Positions 52,337 to 62,064 of a stretch of DNA of 64,000 bases are shown one piece after another. The stretch covers positions 3,488 through 67,487 of the forward strand of contig CAZWMG010000007.1 of the NCBI GenBank assembly GCA_964634945.1, written 5' to 3'. The position numbers were made by a program, and so were the translations under genes. Numbering within the stretch: the first letter of the stretch is position 1; every line of letters begins with the position of its first letter. Source of the stretch: an uncultured Planctomycetia bacterium. GTDB taxonomy: Bacteria; Omnitrophota; Gorgyraeia; JABMRG01. Under the pieces are notes generated by a model. That model saw nothing but the letters and a program-made list of their open reading frames with translations. It did not search any database and was not told where the DNA came from.

Positions 52337-53081
52337 TTGCTATATCTGTTTTTTTCTGTTTAGGGTGCGGTATTTTGAGCAGCTTGCATATCAATCCAAG
52401 AAATGTCTTAGCCCGATCCTGTCCTGGATGCGCAATAACAGGCGCTCTCACAGCATCGTTGGGTTTTATAGTCAATAATTTAAACTCGCTATCCTTAACA
52501 CTGCTATGCGCCTTGTGCTCTGATAAGAGTTCATTAATTGATTGCTTTAAAACAGGATGTATGAGCTCTGGTGCTATTTGAGAAAGCGGTTCCAACACAA
52601 ATATTCTCTCATGCAAAGATCTATGAGGCAGAATAAGATTATTTCCTTTCATAACAATATCATCGTATAAGAGTATATCTAGGTCTATAATTCGCGGCCC
52701 CCATCTCTCTTCGCTTGCTAATTTCTTTTCAATGATCTGATTATCCGCAGTCGATGTTTCCATGGGCCCGGACTCATCCAGCGCCTTCAGTTGCTCTTCA
52801 ATACTAAGTCTCTTTGGAACGGAATCTCTGCCCCTTCCCATCTCACGCTCAATAGATTTCAGCGCGGTTAAAAGCTCGTCGGGATAAAGGGTCGTATCTA
52901 TCCTGCAACAGGCATTCAAAAAATCGGGCTGTTCAATGCCGCCTTCAGGGGGCGTCTCTATAACTGAGGATATCTCACCAAGCTGAATATTTTTTCTTGT
53001 CCTTAATTTTTCTAATGCCTTATCAATATTGAGCTGCCTGTCACCAAGGTTTGAACCTATGCCTATATAGACCTTGCTCAT
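52323..53081 (-). CDS. folK: 2-amino-4-hydroxy-6-hydroxymethyldihydropteridine pyrophosphokinase (HPPK, FolK) with insertions and a C-terminal extension
   Basis: VYIGIGSNLGDRQLNIDKALEKL...TPP...QPDFLNA...RWGPRIIDLDIL matches the HPPK core. It is 252 aa, against about 160 aa for a typical HPPK. Confidence 0.75.
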   Translation of the reverse strand: MSKVYIGIGSNLGDRQLNIDKALEKLRTRKNIQLGEISSVIETPPEGGIEQPDFLNACCRIDTTLYPDELLTALKSIEREMGRGRDSVPKRLSIEEQLKALDESGPMETSTADNQIIEKKLASEERWGPRIIDLDILLYDDIVMKGNNLILPHRSLHERIFVLEPLSQIAPELIHPVLKQSINELLSEHKAHSSVKDSEFKLLTIKPNDAVRAPVIAHPGQDRAKTFLGLICKLLKIPHPKQKKTDIANEAR

Positions 53082-54247
53082 TGATGAAGCCTCTTTATCC
53101 TATCTACAGCTTCCTGAAGCCTCTCTTCGGCTACAGTCAGTGTTATCCTTATATAGCCTTCTCCATTTGGGCCAAAACCTACGCCCGGAGTCGTAACGAT
53201 ATCTGCTTTTTCAAGTAGTGATCTTGTAAGTTCATTTGAAGTATATCCGGGCGGCACAGGTATCCAGACATAAAACGTAGCCTTAGGCTTTTGAACCTTC
53301 CAACCGATAGAATTTAAACCATCTACCAGGACATCTCTTCTTCTCTGATAGATAGCGTTAAGCTTATCTATATGAGACTGGTCGCTCTCCAAGGCTACGA
53401 TACCGGCAAATTGTACGGGCTGGAATATGCCTGAATCTATATTCGACTTTACTCTTCGCAACGCCGATATCACATCCGCTTTACCGCATACAAAACCGAG
53501 TCTCCAGCCGGTCATATTATAAGTCTTTGACAAAGAGTGAAATTCAACGCCTACATCTTTCGCGCCTTCAAATTCGAGAAAACTAGGAGGCCTGTAACCA
53601 TCGTATGACATCTCAGAATAAGCAGCATCATGGCAGATAATAATATTATTCTCGTTTGCGTATTCTATGACTCTTTTAAAAAACTCTTCTGTCGCTATTG
53701 CCGATGTAGGATTATTAGGATAATTTAAGAACATAATCTTTGCCCTTTTTGCGACTTGGTAGTCTATAGCGTCAAGATCGGGAAGAAAATCATTTTCAGG
53801 AAGAAGCGGCATAAGATAAGGTACCCCGCCCGCAAATATAGTTCCTGATTTATATGGTGGGTAACAAGGGTCCGGTATCAATACCTCATCTCCATGGTTT
53901 ACATAAGCAAGCGGCATATGCGCGATACCTTCCTTAGACCCTATTAAAGGCAAGACCTCTGACTCAGGATCCAGCTCCACATCAAAGCGGCGCTTATACC
54001 ACGTCGCTATTGTCTCCCGCAATTTTAAAAGCCCCATATCCATAGCGTAGCGATGGTTCCTCGAATCCTGGGCAGCTTCATATAGCTGCTCTATAATATG
54101 CATTGGTGTGGGCCTGTCAGGATCGCCTACACCCAAATCGATTATATCCTTACCCTCGCTAATAGCCTTCTTCTTTATTTTGTCTATCTCGGCAAAAAGA
54201 TACGGTGGTAACTTCTTAAGCCTGCTTGATGTATCAACATTTATCAT
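53078..54247 (-). CDS. dapL: LL-diaminopimelate aminotransferase (DapL-type class I aminotransferase)
   Basis: LPPYLFAEI...IIDLGVGDPD...YPPY...NPTS...SLSKTYNMTGWRLGF...TTPGVGFGPNGEGYIRI resembles DapL. It is placed with dapB/dapA/dapF/lysA. Confidence 0.6.
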   Translation of the reverse strand: MINVDTSSRLKKLPPYLFAEIDKIKKKAISEGKDIIDLGVGDPDRPTPMHIIEQLYEAAQDSRNHRYAMDMGLLKLRETIATWYKRRFDVELDPESEVLPLIGSKEGIAHMPLAYVNHGDEVLIPDPCYPPYKSGTIFAGGVPYLMPLLPENDFLPDLDAIDYQVAKRAKIMFLNYPNNPTSAIATEEFFKRVIEYANENNIIICHDAAYSEMSYDGYRPPSFLEFEGAKDVGVEFHSLSKTYNMTGWRLGFVCGKADVISALRRVKSNIDSGIFQPVQFAGIVALESDQSHIDKLNAIYQRRRDVLVDGLNSIGWKVQKPKATFYVWIPVPPGYTSNELTRSLLEKADIVTTPGVGFGPNGEGYIRITLTVAEERLQEAVDRIKRLHQ

Positions 54248-54250
54248 AAC

Positions 54251-55057
54251 TTAAACTCCTTCTATTACATTTTGCATATTATATAATCCCGGTGATTTTT
54301 CTACAATATACTTAGCGGCACATAAAGCGCCCCTGGCAAGGATATCGCGTGAATTAGCGCGATGAGTTATCTCAATCCTCTCATCATTACTCGCGAAGAT
54401 TACTGTGTGCTCACCTATGATCCCGCCTGCACGTACCGCGTGTATGCCTATCTCATTTTTTCTCCTCTGGCCTACATTGCCTTCTCTGCCATATACCGCA
54501 ACATCTTTTACTTTTTTCCCTTTTGCCTCTGCTATTCTCTGAGCCAGTGTTATCGCGGTGCCACTCGGAGAGTCTTTCTTCTTATTATGATGAGCTTCGA
54601 TTATCTCTATATCATAGTCTTCTCCTAGCGCGCTTGCTATTTCAGGCACTAAACGGAAAAGTAGATTTATGCCGATAGACATGTTAGAAGAAACAAGCAC
54701 AGGTATAACCTTAGAGCTTGATTCTATGGACCGCTGCTCCTCATCCATGAGTCCTGTAGTGCCTATCACTATAGGTATCTTTTCGTCTCTGGCAACCTTT
54801 AGATTTAATAGTGTCGCGATAGGCGCTGTAAAATCTATTATTACATCCGCGCCTTTCGCGGCGACACTCAGATCATCTTGTATCTTTATATCAAGAGCCT
54901 CACTGCCAATAATTTTGCCGAAACTTGTACCGATATCAGGGTGAGATCTCATATCTGTCGCAGCAATTATTTCAAAATTTTTATCTGCCAAAGCAAGAGA
55001 AGCTATGCTTTTGCCCATCCTACCGCAACATCCCGCAATCGCTATTTTTATACTCAT
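54251..55057 (-). CDS. dapB: 4-hydroxy-tetrahydrodipicolinate reductase DapB
   Basis: IKIAIAGCCGRMGKSI is a Rossmann N-terminus, with the DapB E-x-HH-x-x-K-x-D-x-PSGTA motif (EAHHNKKKDSPSGTA). Confidence 0.9.
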   Translation of the reverse strand: MSIKIAIAGCCGRMGKSIASLALADKNFEIIAATDMRSHPDIGTSFGKIIGSEALDIKIQDDLSVAAKGADVIIDFTAPIATLLNLKVARDEKIPIVIGTTGLMDEEQRSIESSSKVIPVLVSSNMSIGINLLFRLVPEIASALGEDYDIEIIEAHHNKKKDSPSGTAITLAQRIAEAKGKKVKDVAVYGREGNVGQRRKNEIGIHAVRAGGIIGEHTVIFASNDERIEITHRANSRDILARGALCAAKYIVEKSPGLYNMQNVIEGV

Positions 55058-55343
55058 ATCTTACTCCTATCCTGATTGAATACTTAACTCTCTTTTTATA
55101 AATAATTTCATATAATTGAGCAAAAAATCTAAGCGCCGATTCAAGCGGGGCCTTTTCATTTCAAGCGGGCCCGCCTGCCGGCGAGGCAGGCATGGTTCGC
55201 CATGATCAAGTTCTATGCGAGAGCGAAAAATGAAACGGAGCAAAAATTTCTCGCCGGGAAAATTTTTGCGTCCCCGCGTAATTGGTGCTTGTATTTTTGT
55301 GGCAAGCGTTTCTCCCAATTATTTCAACCTTTATTACCAATTT

Positions 55344-56222
55344 CTATATTAAGCCGTATTCACTTAACGCCAGCCTTATCTTTTCTTCACTTGCCTTTGA
55401 GACACCACACATCGGCAATCTCAGATCCGGTTCTATCATACCTAACATTTTCATCGCGGCCTTAACAGGCGCCGGGTTTGTCTCTATAAACATCGCCTTA
55501 ACGAGTGGAAGCATCTTAAAATAAAGTTCTCTAGCTTTTTCAATATCATTTTCCAAGAAAGCGGAGACCATACTGGAAACATCTTTTGGTATAATATTAG
55601 CGACCACAGATATAACACCGCATCCACCGATAGCAAGTACCGGAAGAGTTAATGAATCGTCTCCTGATATAAGATCGAAGTCAGGGCCACAGATACATCT
55701 TATTTCAGCCATCTGATTTACATTACCGCTCGCCTCTTTAACCGCTACCACATTTTTTAAAGTAGATAGGCGCTGTATAGTTTCAGGCGTTATGTTCGTT
55801 CCTGTGCGCGAGGCTATATTGTACGCGATAAGGGGAATATCTACTGAATCGGAAAGCGCCTTAAAATGACGATATATGCCTTCCTGCGTAGGCTTATTAT
55901 AATATGGTGTTATTATCAAGGCCCCATCCGCTCCAACCTCTTTAGCATGCCTTGTAAGCTCGATAGCCTCACCTGTATTATTAGAACCTGCACCGGCCAT
56001 AACCTTGGCCTTGCCTTTAGCCGTGCTTATTACGATGTCTATTACCTTCTCATGTTCCTCAATTGATAATGTAGCTGACTCTCCTGTTGTGCCGCATGGC
56101 ACAATAACAGAGGTATTATTACTTATCTGAAAGTTCACTAAATCTTTAAGCTTTACTTCATCCAGCTCTGTACCATTATTTTTAAACGGGGTTACTATGG
56201 CAACCATTGAACCTTTAAACAT
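55344..56222 (-). CDS. dapA: 4-hydroxy-tetrahydrodipicolinate synthase DapA
   Basis: GSMVAIVTPF...VIVPCGTTGESATLS...YNKP. Confidence 0.9.
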   Translation of the reverse strand: MFKGSMVAIVTPFKNNGTELDEVKLKDLVNFQISNNTSVIVPCGTTGESATLSIEEHEKVIDIVISTAKGKAKVMAGAGSNNTGEAIELTRHAKEVGADGALIITPYYNKPTQEGIYRHFKALSDSVDIPLIAYNIASRTGTNITPETIQRLSTLKNVVAVKEASGNVNQMAEIRCICGPDFDLISGDDSLTLPVLAIGGCGVISVVANIIPKDVSSMVSAFLENDIEKARELYFKMLPLVKAMFIETNPAPVKAAMKMLGMIEPDLRLPMCGVSKASEEKIRLALSEYGLI

Positions 56223-56243
56223 GGTAAACTCCTTTAGTTTTTA

Positions 56244-57059
56244 TTAAACCTTTATCTGCCCCTTAAAGACCTCATTTGCTTGACCTTCCAGAAAAGCATT
56301 GCGAATAATATTGTTCTTCACTGTAAAATATATTTTAAGATCTCCCCCTCTGGTGCAGACCGTTATAGGGGATCTCAGCCCCTTAACTACGCCTGAGATA
56401 ACAGCTGACGCGACAGAGCCTGTACCACAAGCCAATGTCTCATCTTCAACACCTCTTTCATAAGTTCTTGCCAAAATAGATCGCTTGTTTTTAAAAGAAA
56501 CAATATTTACATTCGTACCTTGAGGAGCAAAAAACTTATGATATCTAACGCTACTACCAAAAGAGATAAGATCCAGGTTCTCTACATCATTAACAAAGCA
56601 GATAACGTGGGGAACACCGGTATTAATGTAGTGAAGTTCGTAAGCCTTCTTCTTTAGCGTAAGGTAGATGCCTAATTTCATATCTTTAGGATCTGTCATG
56701 TTTATCTTTACACTTGACTTGCCCACCTTTGCGTTCAATAAGCCTGCTTTTGTTTCTATGCGCATCGAATATGGCGCTATTTTATTAAGTTTAGCATATA
56801 ATGCTATACAGCGCGACCCATTGCCGCACATATCAGGCTCTGAACCATCTGGATTTAAAATGCGCATACTGAAATCCGCTGCTTTTGCTTTTTCTACAAG
56901 CAAAAGTCCGTCAGCGCCGATACCGAATTTTCTATCACAGAGTTTGCGCGCAAGTTCCGGTACGCGCTTTAAAGCCCGCTTTCTATTATCTACAACAATA
57001 AAATCATTACCTGTCGCAACCATCTTACTAAAATTTATAACTCTCATGTTTTTCCTCAT
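56244..57059 (-). CDS. dapF: Diaminopimelate epimerase DapF
   Basis: FSKMVATGNDFIVVDN ... CGNGSRC ... ACGTGSVASA (both catalytic Cys motifs). Confidence 0.9.
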   Translation of the reverse strand: MRKNMRVINFSKMVATGNDFIVVDNRKRALKRVPELARKLCDRKFGIGADGLLLVEKAKAADFSMRILNPDGSEPDMCGNGSRCIALYAKLNKIAPYSMRIETKAGLLNAKVGKSSVKINMTDPKDMKLGIYLTLKKKAYELHYINTGVPHVICFVNDVENLDLISFGSSVRYHKFFAPQGTNVNIVSFKNKRSILARTYERGVEDETLACGTGSVASAVISGVVKGLRSPITVCTRGGDLKIYFTVKNNIIRNAFLEGQANEVFKGQIKV

Positions 57060-57099
57060 TCTTGCATCCAGTATCCAGTATCTAGCATCTAGTATCTCT

Positions 57100-58362
57100 C
57101 TATCTTAACACCTTCGGCACAACTTCTCCTCTTACAAGGTCCTGATACGACTCCCTCTTTCGAACAATATAATATTTTCCATTTATGACCATAACCTCTG
57201 TTGCGCGCGGGCGAGCATTATAGTTGCTCGACATAGAAAATCCATAAGCACCGGCACTCATAACAGCCATAAAATCTCCTTCGCATGCAGAAGCAAGTTT
57301 CCTGCCTTTAGCGATAAAATCCCCGCTTTCGCATATCGGCCCTACTACATCAAACTTTCGCTTCTCCTGGCTAGAAGAGCCACGAACAACCGGAAGTATC
57401 TCGTGGAAGGCATCGTAAAGGCTCGGGCGCATAATGTCATTCATACCGGCATCGACTATCATAAAGTTTTTGTTTATAGATCTCTTCACATACAAGACCT
57501 TTGTAACCAATATACCGCTATTACCTGATATAAATCTACCCGGTTCAAGTATTAATTTTATATTCAGTTTACCAAGTATAGGTACCACAGCCTTGGCAAA
57601 ATCCTTTGCTGTCTGCGGTTTCTCATCATTATAGATAATACCAAGTCCGCCGCCTATATTAAGGTAATCGATTTTGTGTCCTGTATTACGTATCGCGCCT
57701 ATCAAGGACGATGCCTTTTTTATAGCTTTCAGGAACGGGTCAACCTGGGTAATCTGTGACCCTATATGAATATGTATACCGATTATATCTATGTGCTTAA
57801 ACTTAACACTATCACTAAATATGCGCAGGGTGGTGTCTTCATCTATACCGAATTTATTGCTCTTTGTCCCTGTTGTAATATACTTATGAGTCTTTGCTTT
57901 TACACCCGGATTTACTCTTATCGCTACCTTTGTCCTTTTTTTCATGCGCGCGCATAATCTGTCTATTAGCGCGAGTTCGGGTATGCTCTCTACATTGAAA
58001 AGTAGTATGCCTGCCTTAAGCGCGTCTTTTATCTCCACAGCCGTCTTGCCTACACTCGCGTATACTATTTTTTTAGGGTCAGCACCCAGTTTTCGCGCCT
58101 TAAAAAGCTCACCACCTGAAACTATATCGAGTCCGGAACCGGCTCTTAAGAGCGACTGACATACACAAAGATTGGAATTAGACTTCATAGAAAAACAGAT
58201 AATCGGTTTTAAGCTTTTAAATGCTTCTTTTATCTTCGTGTAGTGGCCTATGAGCGTCTTATGGCTATAGAGATAAAACGGTGTGCCCACATCCTTAGCT
58301 ATTTTCTCTACAGATACTGATTCACAGTAAAGCTTACTGCCCTTATGTCTAAAATAATGCAT
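57100..58362 (-). CDS. lysA: Diaminopimelate decarboxylase LysA
   Basis: PLP-dependent fold III decarboxylase (FSMKSNSN...IGGGLGI...EPGRFISG...CESGD). Confidence 0.9.
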   Translation of the reverse strand: MHYFRHKGSKLYCESVSVEKIAKDVGTPFYLYSHKTLIGHYTKIKEAFKSLKPIICFSMKSNSNLCVCQSLLRAGSGLDIVSGGELFKARKLGADPKKIVYASVGKTAVEIKDALKAGILLFNVESIPELALIDRLCARMKKRTKVAIRVNPGVKAKTHKYITTGTKSNKFGIDEDTTLRIFSDSVKFKHIDIIGIHIHIGSQITQVDPFLKAIKKASSLIGAIRNTGHKIDYLNIGGGLGIIYNDEKPQTAKDFAKAVVPILGKLNIKLILEPGRFISGNSGILVTKVLYVKRSINKNFMIVDAGMNDIMRPSLYDAFHEILPVVRGSSSQEKRKFDVVGPICESGDFIAKGRKLASACEGDFMAVMSAGAYGFSMSSNYNARPRATEVMVINGKYYIVRKRESYQDLVRGEVVPKVLR

Positions 58363-58363
58363 C

Positions 58364-59746
58364 TTATTTATCCTTAAGTCTTTTTGTCCACTTATTAATC
58401 AGCTGCCTTACAAAGATAGGATTTGTGCTTCCGATAGAACTCTTCTTTGCTATAGATTTCCTTGCGTCGAGCTCCTTATAGAAATTCGCGTCAAATTTGT
58501 TTGTAAAGCTATTAAGCTCATCCAATGATAACTCAGAGATCTTTAGATTGTTATCAATGCAATACGCGATAATCTTTCCTGTAAAAGTATGTGCCTGGGC
58601 GAATGTCAATCCCTTTCTGACAAGATAATCCGCTATATCAAGCGCAAAAAGGGATTCATCATCCTTAAAGGCCTTAATCATATTATTTTTGTTTATCTTT
58701 ATGCTTCCTACCAGGCCTGAGGTTATCGTAAGGACATCTTCCGTCATCTTAACAGAATCAAAAAGCTCTTCCTTGTCAAGCTGCATATCTCTGTTGTAAG
58801 AAAGCGGCAGGCCTTTCATCATAACCATCACTGAGCTTAAATTCGCATATGCCTTCGCGGTGGTTCCTCTTATAAGCTCTAAGGCGTCCGGGTTTTTCTT
58901 TTGAGGCATTATAGATGACCCCGTGCAAAAGCCCTCTCCTATCTCCACTATGTTAAACTCAGGTGTTGAGAAAAGTATCATATCTTCGCAAAACCTCGAA
59001 AGATGCATAAAGAGTATCGCTATAGCGGATAGCATATCCAAAACAAAATCTCTGTCACTAACCGCGTCTATGCTATTCTGGCTTATTTTCTTGAAACCTA
59101 ATAATTGAGCTACGTATTTTCTGTCTATAGCAAACGAAGTTCCTGCCAAGGCGCATGCGCCAAGAGGCATCTCATCGCATCTTTCTCTTGCCTGAAGCAA
59201 TCTTTTCTTATCTCTTTCCAGCATCTCAATATACGCTAGCAGTTGATGCGACAACAAGATAGGCATAGCATGCTGAGTATGCGTAAGGCCTGGTATAATA
59301 ACATCTATATTTTTCTTAGACATATTAATCAACGCGACCTGGAGCTTCTGTATAAGCCCTACTAAAGAAAAGGCCTTATCTTTCGCGTACATCCTTAGAT
59401 CAAGTACGATCTGGTCATTTCTGGATCTCGCTGTATGAAGATAATCCGCTACATTTCCTATTTTCTTCTTAAGCGCTATATGTATAGCGCTATGAATGTC
59501 CTCGGCTGATGAGTCTATCTTAAAGGAATTATTTTCTATCTCCTTTAATATCTTCTTAAGGCTGCTGGCGATCAATTTAGCGGCTTTAGCAGGTATGATC
59601 CCGGTCTTACCAAGCATCTTTACATGCGCTAGACTGCCCCTTGCGTCATAGACAGCTAGTTTCTTGTCATAATCTATAGAGCTCTGAAATTTCCAAAATA
59701 GGAGGTCCTGCTCCTGCTTAAACCTTCCACCCCACATCTTTTTCAT
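58364..59746 (-). CDS. argH: Argininosuccinate lyase ArgH
   Basis: MWGGRFKQEQDLLFWKFQSSIDYDKKL... and the fumarate-lyase signature GSSIMPQKKNPD. Confidence 0.9.
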   Translation of the reverse strand: MKKMWGGRFKQEQDLLFWKFQSSIDYDKKLAVYDARGSLAHVKMLGKTGIIPAKAAKLIASSLKKILKEIENNSFKIDSSAEDIHSAIHIALKKKIGNVADYLHTARSRNDQIVLDLRMYAKDKAFSLVGLIQKLQVALINMSKKNIDVIIPGLTHTQHAMPILLSHQLLAYIEMLERDKKRLLQARERCDEMPLGACALAGTSFAIDRKYVAQLLGFKKISQNSIDAVSDRDFVLDMLSAIAILFMHLSRFCEDMILFSTPEFNIVEIGEGFCTGSSIMPQKKNPDALELIRGTTAKAYANLSSVMVMMKGLPLSYNRDMQLDKEELFDSVKMTEDVLTITSGLVGSIKINKNNMIKAFKDDESLFALDIADYLVRKGLTFAQAHTFTGKIIAYCIDNNLKISELSLDELNSFTNKFDANFYKELDARKSIAKKSSIGSTNPIFVRQLINKWTKRLKDK

Positions 59747-59918
59747 AAGTATGCTCCATGTTTAGTACATCGTATTGTGTATGTTGTATTGCGTTATCTG
59801 ACTTGAGTTATATTAAATATATACTACTTTCACTGCGCGCAAGATGCACCACGCGATACACGCCACGCGATACACAATACTTGTATGTTCGCCTATTTTA
59901 AAATATCTATTGCTCTAA

Positions 59919-61094
59919 TTATCTCTTTTCATAAGGAAGGCCCCAGATCTTTATAAAACCCTCAGCTGCCGTATGATCGAACTTATCCTCTTCAGTATAC
60001 GTTGCTAACTTCTCGCTGTATAGTGAAAACTTTGATCTTCGCCCTACCACACTGCATCCGCCCTTGTATAATTTAAGCCTTACATCACCGGTAACCCGAT
60101 TCTGAGTATTTTCAATAAATTTATCAAGTGATTCTCTTAGTTTGCTATACCAGAGTCCATTATATATAAGTTCTGAATATTTTAATGATATCATATCCTT
60201 AAAATGTAAAACCTCTCTATCCAGGACAAGCGCCTCAAGCTCCTTATGCGCCGTATGAAGTATAGATGCCGCAGGGGCTTCATATATCTCTCTCGATTTT
60301 ATACCAACAAGCCTGTTCTCAACCATATCACTTCTGCCGACACCATGTGACGCGCCTATGGCATTGAGCTTGTTAATAATCTGTATGGGTGAGTATTGTT
60401 TACCATTTAAATTACGCGGCTCTCCTTTTTCAAAACCGATAGTTACGTATACCGGATTCTTTGGCGCTTTTTTAGGGTCATTTGTAATCTGATACGCGTC
60501 TTCGGGAGGTTCTGTATTTGGATTCTCCAAAACACCGCATTCTATACTTATCCCCCATAGGTTCTCATCGAAACTATATGGGCTCTTCTTTGTTGCCGTA
60601 ACCGGAATCTTATGGGTCTTTGCGTACCTTATCTGCGCTTCTCTTGACGCGAAATCCCATACCCTTACCGGGGCGATAACCTTTAACCCCTTTGAAAGCG
60701 CGGATAATGAAACCTCGATCCTGACCTGATCATTACCCTTACCCGTACAACCGTGGCCTACATATTTTGCCTTCTCCTTTTTCGCTACTTCAGCCAGCAC
60801 CTTTGCTATCAATGGCCTTGAAAGAGCGGTAGCAAGAAAATACTTACCTTCATATACAGCGTTTGCCTTCAACGCGGGAAATATAAAATCATTAACAAAT
60901 TCTTTTCTGGCATCGATAACATAGACATTTGACGCGCCTATCTTTCCGGCTTTTTTCTTTGCCTTTTCAAACTCCCCCTTTTGGCCAACATCTACAAGGC
61001 AGGCTACAACATCAAAGCCTCTCTCTCTAAGCCATCCTATAGCGACAGACGTATCAAGCCCGCCTGAATATGCCAATACAATCTTTTTACTCAT
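59919..61094 (-). CDS. argG: Argininosuccinate synthase ArgG
   Basis: KIVLAYSGGLDTSV is the PP-loop motif. Confidence 0.9.
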   Translation of the reverse strand: MSKKIVLAYSGGLDTSVAIGWLRERGFDVVACLVDVGQKGEFEKAKKKAGKIGASNVYVIDARKEFVNDFIFPALKANAVYEGKYFLATALSRPLIAKVLAEVAKKEKAKYVGHGCTGKGNDQVRIEVSLSALSKGLKVIAPVRVWDFASREAQIRYAKTHKIPVTATKKSPYSFDENLWGISIECGVLENPNTEPPEDAYQITNDPKKAPKNPVYVTIGFEKGEPRNLNGKQYSPIQIINKLNAIGASHGVGRSDMVENRLVGIKSREIYEAPAASILHTAHKELEALVLDREVLHFKDMISLKYSELIYNGLWYSKLRESLDKFIENTQNRVTGDVRLKLYKGGCSVVGRRSKFSLYSEKLATYTEEDKFDHTAAEGFIKIWGLPYEKR

Positions 61095-61143
61095 CTAAAG
61101 CTCCTCTATTTAGTATTAAAATTAAACCCTTAAGGCTAGCTAC

Positions 61144-62064
61144 TTAATTCTTGTTTAATAACTTAAGTAATATCGCTTTTTGGATATGTAATCTATTCTC
61201 TGCCTGATCAAAAACTATTGAATGAGGCCCATCTATTACCTCACCCGTTACCTCTTCACCCCTGTGCGCGGGCAAACAATGCATTACAACAGACTCGGGG
61301 TTAGATTTAGAAAGAAGATCTGAATCGAGCCTAAAATCGTGAAAATCCTCTAATCTTTTCTTTCTATCAGATTCCTGGCCCATCGATACCCAGACATCTG
61401 TATATAAGACATCAGCCCCTGTTGCTGCTTTATATTTATCCCCAACAACCTCTACTATTGAACCAGAATCTTTGGCGATCTTCTTGGCCTGTGCAAGTAT
61501 ACCCTTATCCGGTTCGTAACCTTTTGGCGAGGCTATCCTTATATTGATACCCGCCTTTGAAGCGGCGTATAAAAGAGAATGTAGCACATTGTTCCCATCC
61601 CCGATAAACGCCAGGGTAAGGCCTTTAAGCTTAGAGAATTTCTCCTTTATAGTAAATAAATCCGCCAACCCTTGGCACGGATGCAAAAGGTCACTTAAGC
61701 CATTTATGACCGGTACAGTAGCGTTTTCCGCAAGATCAAGCACATCCTGATGCAAAAAAGTCCTAGCAACAATAATATCAAGGTATCTTGATAATGTATG
61801 CGCTATATCCTTGGTAGCCTCCCTTATGCCAAGCTTTATATCATCCGGGCCAAGATACACAGTGTGCCCGCCCAGTTGATACATGCCTACGTCAAAGGAG
61901 ACCCTTGTCCTATTGGATGGCTTTTGGAATATAAGCCCCAGAGATCTGCCCTTAAGCGTTCCGAAGTATGCGGATGAATCTAGTTTTAGCAACTGAGCGA
62001 GATCAAGGATGCTATTTATCTCATCCATTGATAGGTCTTTTATTGATATAAGATCTTTTCTCAT
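61144..62064 (-). CDS. argF: Ornithine carbamoyltransferase ArgF
   Basis: STRTRVSFDVG is the carbamoyl-phosphate-binding motif, and HCLPAHRGEEV matches the HCLP ornithine-binding motif. Confidence 0.9.
   Translation of the reverse strand: MRKDLISIKDLSMDEINSILDLAQLLKLDSSAYFGTLKGRSLGLIFQKPSNRTRVSFDVGMYQLGGHTVYLGPDDIKLGIREATKDIAHTLSRYLDIIVARTFLHQDVLDLAENATVPVINGLSDLLHPCQGLADLFTIKEKFSKLKGLTLAFIGDGNNVLHSLLYAASKAGINIRIASPKGYEPDKGILAQAKKIAKDSGSIVEVVGDKYKAATGADVLYTDVWVSMGQESDRKKRLEDFHDFRLDSDLLSKSNPESVVMHCLPAHRGEEVTGEVIDGPHSIVFDQAENRLHIQKAILLKLLNKN

Noticed and set aside
55067-55318. Minus-strand ORF of 83 aa in the dapA-dapB spacer
   Set aside because: It has no SD, is Arg/Leu-rich and low-complexity, and overlaps the GC palindromes. 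It is more likely non-coding regulatory sequence.
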